Shown here: in pieces, positions 58,485 through 64,000 of the stretch
Layout: every line of letters starts with the position of its first letter
How positions within the stretch are numbered: the stretch's first letter is position 1
Source of the DNA: an uncultured Allomuricauda sp.
GTDB lineage: Bacteria > Bacteroidota > Bacteroidia > Flavobacteriales > Flavobacteriaceae
Direction: 5' to 3'
NCBI GenBank assembly: GCA_963677115.1
Contig: OY781874.1
Coordinates: forward strand, 2,937,618 to 3,001,617
Length of the DNA: 64,000 nucleotides
Position numbers and translations under genes: made by a program
The notes under the pieces: model-generated
Database searches by the model: none
The model's input: only the letters and a program-made list of their open reading frames with translations
What the model was told of the DNA's origin: nothing

Positions 58485-58685
58485 AGAAGTTTTTCCTTGT
58501 TTTAATGGTTAGCTTTAAACTTAAGAGTAAGCATCTAAAGGATTATAGGATGCTTATTGGATGCGACAAATATGTGAACAAATCTTTTAAAAAAAAAATG
58601 ATTTTGTCATTGAAAGTTTTGTTTTTTTTTCGCATGTTGCTCTCAAAATAAGCAAGCCTCTAAATATATAATTTTTCAGTTAAAA

Positions 58686-59084
58686 ATGGGTCTAAATTCA
58701 TATTCTTTTCGGGTTCGGTATGCAGAAACCGACCAAATGGGGGTTGTTTACCATGGAAACTATGCTCAGTATCTTGAAATGGGTCGAGTGGAATGGTTGA
58801 GAGCTTTGGGAATCACCTACAAAAGCATGGAAGATAATGGTATTATGTTACCCGTAATTTCCTTACATATTGATTATAAAAAATCTGCGTTGTATGATGA
58901 TTTACTAACGGTACGTACCCGATTAAAATCCAAGCCCATGGTGAAGATAGAATTCGATTATGAACTTTTGAACGAAGATGGTGAATTACTGGCCACCGCA
59001 AACACGGTTTTGGCATTCATGGATAAATCTACAGGGCGACCTATTAAATGCCCCGATTATATATTGGAAAAATTGGAGAATTGA
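58686..59084 (+). CDS. YbgC/FadM-family acyl-CoA thioesterase
   Basis: VRYAETDQMGVVYHGNY. Confidence 0.9.
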   Translation: MGLNSYSFRVRYAETDQMGVVYHGNYAQYLEMGRVEWLRALGITYKSMEDNGIMLPVISLHIDYKKSALYDDLLTVRTRLKSKPMVKIEFDYELLNEDGELLATANTVLAFMDKSTGRPIKCPDYILEKLEN

Positions 59085-59090
59085 TTTTTT

Positions 59091-59142
59091 TCAGGAGTCA
59101 GGAGTCTTTGTTCATGTGTCTAGCGGCGCAGGGGTCTTTTAT
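59091..59142. repeat. Heptamer doublet plus the 18-nt dispersed motif
   Basis: tcaggag x2; ggcgcaggggtcttttat is 16/18 identical to 27009-27026. Confidence 0.45.
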
Positions 59143-59164
59143 CCAACAGAAAAGTGGTTCTGCG

Positions 59165-59779
59165 TCAATCTATCATGGTAATGTTCACATTGTGCATTTC
59201 ATCGAAAAGTTGAAAAACTTCTTCCGATTCACTTAATCGAACCGAAATTATAAGCTCACAATCCAATTCCATCTTTTGGGAAACAATGTCCAAGTCTTTT
59301 TGTTTGATGGTTCGCATCACAATATCCATGGCCGGATATTCAAATTGTAAACGCATTTGTGCTTTAATGACTTTCTTTACAATCTTGGCGTTTTCCAAAG
59401 CCATTTGCGCAGCGGTTTTGTAAGCCTGTATCAGTCCGCCCACCCCAAGTTTAGTGCCCCCGAAGATTCTAGTGACCGTAATCAGCACATTGGTCACATC
59501 AAAAGATTGGATTTGGCCATAAATCGGCATTCCTGCTGAATTGTTCGGCTCACCATCATCATTGGCCCTGTATGTTGGGCTTTTGGTTCCCAATTGCCAA
59601 GCATAGCAAACGTGATTGGCCGTATGGTATTTTTTTCGGAGTTCCTCTACAATCGGTTTTACGTCATTTTCCGAAGCAATGGGATGGACCGCTGAGTAGA
59701 ATTTGCTTTTTCGGTCCTTATATAAAATCTCCGGGGAAGTTTTGGTAACGGTCCTATAAACATCATCTTTTTTCTCCAT
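59165..59779 (-). CDS. YigZ/IMPACT-family protein
   Basis: KSKF, DDGEP...AG.PI, TR.FGG.KLG.GGLI.AY. Confidence 0.92.
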   Translation of the reverse strand: MEKKDDVYRTVTKTSPEILYKDRKSKFYSAVHPIASENDVKPIVEELRKKYHTANHVCYAWQLGTKSPTYRANDDGEPNNSAGMPIYGQIQSFDVTNVLITVTRIFGGTKLGVGGLIQAYKTAAQMALENAKIVKKVIKAQMRLQFEYPAMDIVMRTIKQKDLDIVSQKMELDCELIISVRLSESEEVFQLFDEMHNVNITMID

Positions 59780-60642
59780 CAGAACAAAGCTACCAATATT
59801 ATACTCAAAACGGCGAGGACAACACCTCCCCAGTTTTTTGGACTGAGTTTCTCCTTAAAGAACAAAATTCCCAAAAGGGTGGAGAACATCACAATGGCAA
59901 CGTTGTTTAAGGTAAAGATGGCAGCGCTGCTCAAAATTTCCGACCTCAGCGCACGCAGCAAAAAGTAAATGGAGAAGTAATTGGGCACCCCAAGGGCAAT
60001 TCCACCCACAATATTTTTCAGGTTGATTTTTAAGGGAGATTTTATTGCCTTTATTCCGATAAAGATAAACCCGGTCAAAGCTGCACAACCAAAGATCATG
60101 GAAGAGAAGACAGGAATCTCTTGGTCGGTCAAATGGATTTCCTCAAAATATTGAATACTGGTATCGATGACACCCGACCCCAGAAACACCAATAGGGGTA
60201 GTATAAGCGCTTTTCGGTTTATCTTGATGCTTTTTTCTTTAATGGAGGCCAGATACACGGCCACCAGAGCCAATAGAATTCCAATAATTTGAAGTGCACT
60301 TAACTGTTCCCCATAAAGCACTACGCCCATCACTACGGGAATGGCCAACGACATTTTAGTGGCCACCGATGCCACCGAAACTCCTGAAACCTGTGCCGTT
60401 CGGGCCATCAAATTGAAAATCACAATAAAAAGGACACCTAATAATACAGGACCGATGAGCCAAGGCTTATTGGTAAGGTCGCTCACACCAACAGGGCCAT
60501 CGTACAAAAAGAACCCCACGGCACAGGCAACCACATAGTTGGTGATAATGGCGTAAAGCGTCTGGATTTTAAAGACATCGAATAGTTTAAAGGCCACAAA
60601 AATCAAGGTAGAGCTCAGAACGCTCAAGGTCAGGTATACCAT
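59779..60642 (-). CDS. DMT/EamA-family transporter
   Basis: About ten hydrophobic helices in two repeats. Confidence 0.82.
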   Translation of the reverse strand: MVYLTLSVLSSTLIFVAFKLFDVFKIQTLYAIITNYVVACAVGFFLYDGPVGVSDLTNKPWLIGPVLLGVLFIVIFNLMARTAQVSGVSVASVATKMSLAIPVVMGVVLYGEQLSALQIIGILLALVAVYLASIKEKSIKINRKALILPLLVFLGSGVIDTSIQYFEEIHLTDQEIPVFSSMIFGCAALTGFIFIGIKAIKSPLKINLKNIVGGIALGVPNYFSIYFLLRALRSEILSSAAIFTLNNVAIVMFSTLLGILFFKEKLSPKNWGGVVLAVLSIILVALF

Positions 60643-61245
60643 TTACAATTTTGATTTTAGTTGGGTGATATCCTCTTTGCCCACTTGCAAGTTCCAGACA
60701 TTGATTCCCAATTCCGCTGCAGCATCGGTATTTTCCCTAACGTCATCCACAAAAAAAGTTTCCTCGGCAACAAGATTGTTTTCTTGCAATACGAAATCAA
60801 AAATTTCCGAATCCGGTTTGCGCATCCCAATTTCATAGCTCAAATAAAACTTATCAAAAGCGTTTTTGAATCGATTGAACCGAGATGTTCCCATTTGCTC
60901 CTTCACACATTCCATATGCAAGTCGTTGGTGTTGCTCAGCAATATCATTTTATATGGATTTTCCATCGCCAACTGCTCTATGAATTCTAACCGATGTTCT
61001 GGAAAATCCAAAAGAATGGAGTTCCATGCTTGCGTTAAATACTCCCTGCTGGCTTTGGGAAAATGAGCTGAAACTTTATCCAAGAAATCAGAAGAAGCCA
61101 TAATCCCTTTCTCGTAATCCTGAAACAAGCTTTCCAGGTTAGGAGTGACTTCGGTAAATCCGTGCTGCACCATTGCCTTTGCCGTGGCAGGTTTATCCAG
61201 ATTGATGAGGACGTCGCCAAAGTCGAGTATAACATTTTTAATCAT
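60643..61245 (-). CDS. HAD-family phosphatase (YihX-like)
   Basis: ILDFGDVL, LSNTN, RKP...IF, FVDD...N. Confidence 0.88.
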   Translation of the reverse strand: MIKNVILDFGDVLINLDKPATAKAMVQHGFTEVTPNLESLFQDYEKGIMASSDFLDKVSAHFPKASREYLTQAWNSILLDFPEHRLEFIEQLAMENPYKMILLSNTNDLHMECVKEQMGTSRFNRFKNAFDKFYLSYEIGMRKPDSEIFDFVLQENNLVAEETFFVDDVRENTDAAAELGINVWNLQVGKEDITQLKSKL

Positions 61246-62290
61246 TGGTGTAAAAGGATAAAGTGTCGGTCACTATTTTTTCTTGATGCTGTAAAGTTCC
61301 CTGTAATTTGGGAGCGGGCAACCCTTTTTCAAAACAAACGGCACCTTTAAAAACACGAGCTTCGTCCCACAAATTCGCATCCAAAAAAGTTTGAAGCGTT
61401 TTTGCCCCTCCTTCAACAATTAAGCTGGTAATGTTGTGTTGATGGAGAACATTGCAGATTTGCTGGGCCAATGGTTTTGAAAAATCAACACCAACATATT
61501 CAATACCTTTTATATATGCTGATTTATCGCTTACCTGCGTCAAAACAATGGTTTGAGTAGATGCATCCAAAACGTGAAAGCTCGAATCAATTTTCAAATC
61601 CCGATCCAGAACAATGCGGATGGGGTCCTTGCCCGCCCAGTTTCGGGTCGTCAATTTAGGGTTGTCCTCCAAAACGGTGTTGGTTCCCGCCAAAATGGCC
61701 TGTTCTTGGCTTCGCCATTGGTGGACCAACTGTTTGGAAAGGGAATTCGTAATCCAAAAAGGTTCTGGATTATTACTTCGTTCAGCGGCGTCCGGTGCCA
61801 AAAAACCGTCATCGGACTCCGCCCACTTTAAAATAATATAGGGTCGTTTCTTCTCCTGAAACGTCAAAAAACGTTTGTGATGTTCCCTACATTCACCTTC
61901 CAGAATACCCACAGTGACCTTGCAGCCAGCATCCTCCAATTTTTTGATGCCTTTACCGGCTACTTTATCGTGTGGGTCCTGTAAGCCGATATAAACTTCT
62001 TTGAGTTGGTGCTTGGCAATCAAATCAGCGCAAGGGGGTGTTTTTCCGTAGTGGGAGCAAGGCTCCAACGTAACATATAGCGAAGCTTCTTTCAACAGCC
62101 CCTTGTCTTTTACCGAGTTGATGGCATTCACTTCGGCGTGCGGACCTCCGTAGGGACTCGTAAAGCCTTCACCAATAATTTTTTGATTGTGAACAATCAC
62201 GCACCCCACCATAGGGTTTGGAGCGGTGGTTCCCAGCCCTTTTTTGGCCAGTTCTATACAACGAAGGATGTATTTTTGATGTATATTCAC
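61238..62290 (-). CDS. ribD: Bifunctional riboflavin deaminase/reductase
   Basis: PNPMVG, HAE, VTLEPCSH.GKTPPC, VEGG; start moved to the GTG at 62290. Confidence 0.95.
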   Translation of the reverse strand: MNIHQKYILRCIELAKKGLGTTAPNPMVGCVIVHNQKIIGEGFTSPYGGPHAEVNAINSVKDKGLLKEASLYVTLEPCSHYGKTPPCADLIAKHQLKEVYIGLQDPHDKVAGKGIKKLEDAGCKVTVGILEGECREHHKRFLTFQEKKRPYIILKWAESDDGFLAPDAAERSNNPEPFWITNSLSKQLVHQWRSQEQAILAGTNTVLEDNPKLTTRNWAGKDPIRIVLDRDLKIDSSFHVLDASTQTIVLTQVSDKSAYIKGIEYVGVDFSKPLAQQICNVLHQHNITSLIVEGGAKTLQTFLDANLWDEARVFKGAVCFEKGLPAPKLQGTLQHQEKIVTDTLSFYTND

Positions 62291-62321
62291 CCCGCAAAAA
62301 TAGAACATTAAAAACAGAAAA

Positions 62322-62807
62322 ATGGGAGATACGGTGATTCGTGAAATAACCTCCGAAGACAACCCACAGGTGGCCCAAGTAATACGAAAGGTTTTTGAGG
62401 ATATGGGCATTCCCAAAGTGGGCACCGCTTATGCCGACAAAGCCTTGGACGATATGTATTCCAATTATAACGTGCCAAATGCGGCTTATTTTGTGGTGGA
62501 GCACGAAGGGCGGATAATTGGCTGTGCAGGTGTGGCGCAATTGGACAACTATGATGGAAACGTCTGTGAACTTCAAAAAATGTACTTTTTGGAGGAGGCT
62601 AGGGGCAAAGGCCTTGGCGCTAAAATGATCGAAGCTTGCTTGAACAAGGCCAAGGAGTTTGGTTTTGAGTCTTGTTATTTGGAAACCATGCCCTATATGG
62701 AAGCGGCCCAAAAACTGTACAAAAAGAATGGTTTTGATTATATCGATGCCCCAATGGGCAACACGGGACATTATTCCTGCCCTGTTTGGATGCTTAAAAA
62801 ACTATAA
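62322..62807 (+). CDS. GNAT acetyltransferase
   Basis: ELQKMYF...ARGKGLG, YLET, A..LY.K.GF. Confidence 0.88.
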   Translation: MGDTVIREITSEDNPQVAQVIRKVFEDMGIPKVGTAYADKALDDMYSNYNVPNAAYFVVEHEGRIIGCAGVAQLDNYDGNVCELQKMYFLEEARGKGLGAKMIEACLNKAKEFGFESCYLETMPYMEAAQKLYKKNGFDYIDAPMGNTGHYSCPVWMLKKL

Positions 62808-63745
62808 TGCTCTTAAAAGAAGTCAAAGACATTTTTCATAAAGAACTGGGAAAAATTTATCCCAAAGAGGAAATAGATTCCTTTTTCTACTCCTGCATTG
62901 AACACTACCTACAATTGGAGCGATTCATTTTGGCAATTCGGCCAGAGTTAACATTGACCAAAGAAGAAGAACAGCCCCTTTTTGAAGCAATGTCCCAATT
63001 GAAGTTGGAAAAACCCCTTCAATATATTTTGGGAACGGCCCATTTTATGGATTTGGAGCTTCAGGTTGATGAAAATGTGCTGATTCCGCGTCCAGAGACC
63101 GAAGAATTGGTGCAATGGATTTTGGATGATTTCAGATTTCAGAACTCAGAAGTCAGAAATCAGAAGGGGGAAGAGTTTAAATTGGACGCTGAGCGGAGTC
63201 GAAGCGTCATTTCGACTTCGCTCAATGACCATCCTTTGACCATTCTTGACATAGGAACAGGAAGCGGTTGTATTGCCATTGCCTTGGCAAAAAACCTTCC
63301 CAATGCCAAAGTATATGCCTTGGATATTTCCGAAGGTGCATTGACGGTTGCTCAGAAAAATGCGGAAGCCAACGAAGCGGCTATCACGTTTTGGAATCAA
63401 AACATTCTTAATCCCGAATTTGATTCGGAACTTGTTTTTGATGTAATCGTATCCAACCCGCCCTATGTCAGGGAGTTGGAAAAGAAAGAGATTCAAAGAA
63501 ATGTAAAAGATTTTGAGCCGGACACCGCTCTTTTTGTTGCAGACGAAGACCCGTTGATTTTCTATAAAGCCATAATCAATTTTTCGGAACGGCATCTACA
63601 AGGGAATGGAAGCCTATACTTCGAAATCAATCAATATTTGGGAGAGGAGACCAAAGCACTTTTCAATGCCCGTAATTTTTCGGAAATTGAACTGCGAAAA
63701 GATATGTTTGGCAACAATAGAATGCTAAAAGCCATTAAAAAATGA
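62807..63745 (+). CDS. prmC: Release-factor glutamine methyltransferase carrying an in-frame repeat-derived insert
   Basis: PLQYILG, VLIPRPETEELV, LDIGTGSGCI, SNPPY. Confidence 0.94.
   Translation: MLLKEVKDIFHKELGKIYPKEEIDSFFYSCIEHYLQLERFILAIRPELTLTKEEEQPLFEAMSQLKLEKPLQYILGTAHFMDLELQVDENVLIPRPETEELVQWILDDFRFQNSEVRNQKGEEFKLDAERSRSVISTSLNDHPLTILDIGTGSGCIAIALAKNLPNAKVYALDISEGALTVAQKNAEANEAAITFWNQNILNPEFDSELVFDVIVSNPPYVRELEKKEIQRNVKDFEPDTALFVADEDPLIFYKAIINFSERHLQGNGSLYFEINQYLGEETKALFNARNFSEIELRKDMFGNNRMLKAIKK
63131..63229. repeat. 5 x NTCAGA(A/T) heptamer plus a REP-like doublet inside prmC
   Basis: Heptamers at 63131-63165; tgagcggagtcgaa (63190-63203) pairs with ttcgacttcgctca (63211-63224). 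Confidence 0.75.
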
Positions 63746-64000
63746 ACATCCACGATAAAATAACCTCTCTACGTGCGGAGCTAAGGGAGCACAACTATAA
63801 ATATTACGTGCTCGATGAGCCGTCCATTTCCGATTTTGAGTTTGATATGAAGTTGAAGGGACTTCAAAAACTGGAAGCGGAACATCCCGAATTTTACGAT
63901 CCAACTTCGCCTACCTTGCGAGTGGGCGGGATGGTGACCAAAAACTTTGAGACCGTTCCTCATGAGCATCGCATGTATTCGCTGGACAATTCATATTCCA
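63742..64000 (+). CDS. ligA: NAD-dependent DNA ligase, N-terminus (runs off the window; missing from the ORF track)
   Basis: Manual translation MNIHDKITSLRAELREHNYKYYVLDEPSISDFEFD...SPTLRVGG...H.HRMYSLDN; ATGA overlap with the prmC stop. Confidence 0.93.
   Translation, partial: MNIHDKITSLRAELREHNYKYYVLDEPSISDFEFDMKLKGLQKLEAEHPEFYDPTSPTLRVGGMVTKNFETVPHEHRMYSLDNSYS

Noticed and set aside
58485-58685. oriC next to dnaA
   Set aside because: Only one degenerate DnaA-box-like 9-mer, no box cluster, no dnaN; cannot be supported from this window

Overview
64 kb of a Bacteroidota (Flavobacteriaceae-like) chromosome, judged from gene content, gene order and TAnnTTTG promoter boxes. Most of it is ordinary housekeeping DNA: purB, cobB, DEAD-box helicase, serA, nadC, priA, rpsF-rpsR-rplI, hisS, icd, rplS, trmD, gap, htrA, dapF, mltG, dnaA, ribD, prmC and the start of ligA. 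The stand-out region is a 7.86 kb island (2604-10460) bounded by a perfect 103-bp direct repeat of the 3' end of purB. It has no integrase. It carries six lipoprotein genes of two families (order A-A-B-A-A-B) followed by a 1077-aa protein with a GxSxG hydrolase motif and a T9SS-type C-terminal domain. Every island gene except the first is preceded by the same 34-nt element at a fixed distance from its ATG, and the lipoproteins have conserved ends and AT-rich variable middles. My inference is a cassette-like diversifying system (secreted lipase-like effector plus variable surface or immunity lipoproteins). Other notable points: a palindrome plus heptamer repeat sitting in frame inside prmC, a translationally coupled flavin oxidoreductase-amidohydrolase-sirtuin operon, a SerB-SerA fusion and dispersed REP-like palindromes. 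No rRNA, tRNA or CRISPR array was seen. All family names come from motif recognition, not database searches.
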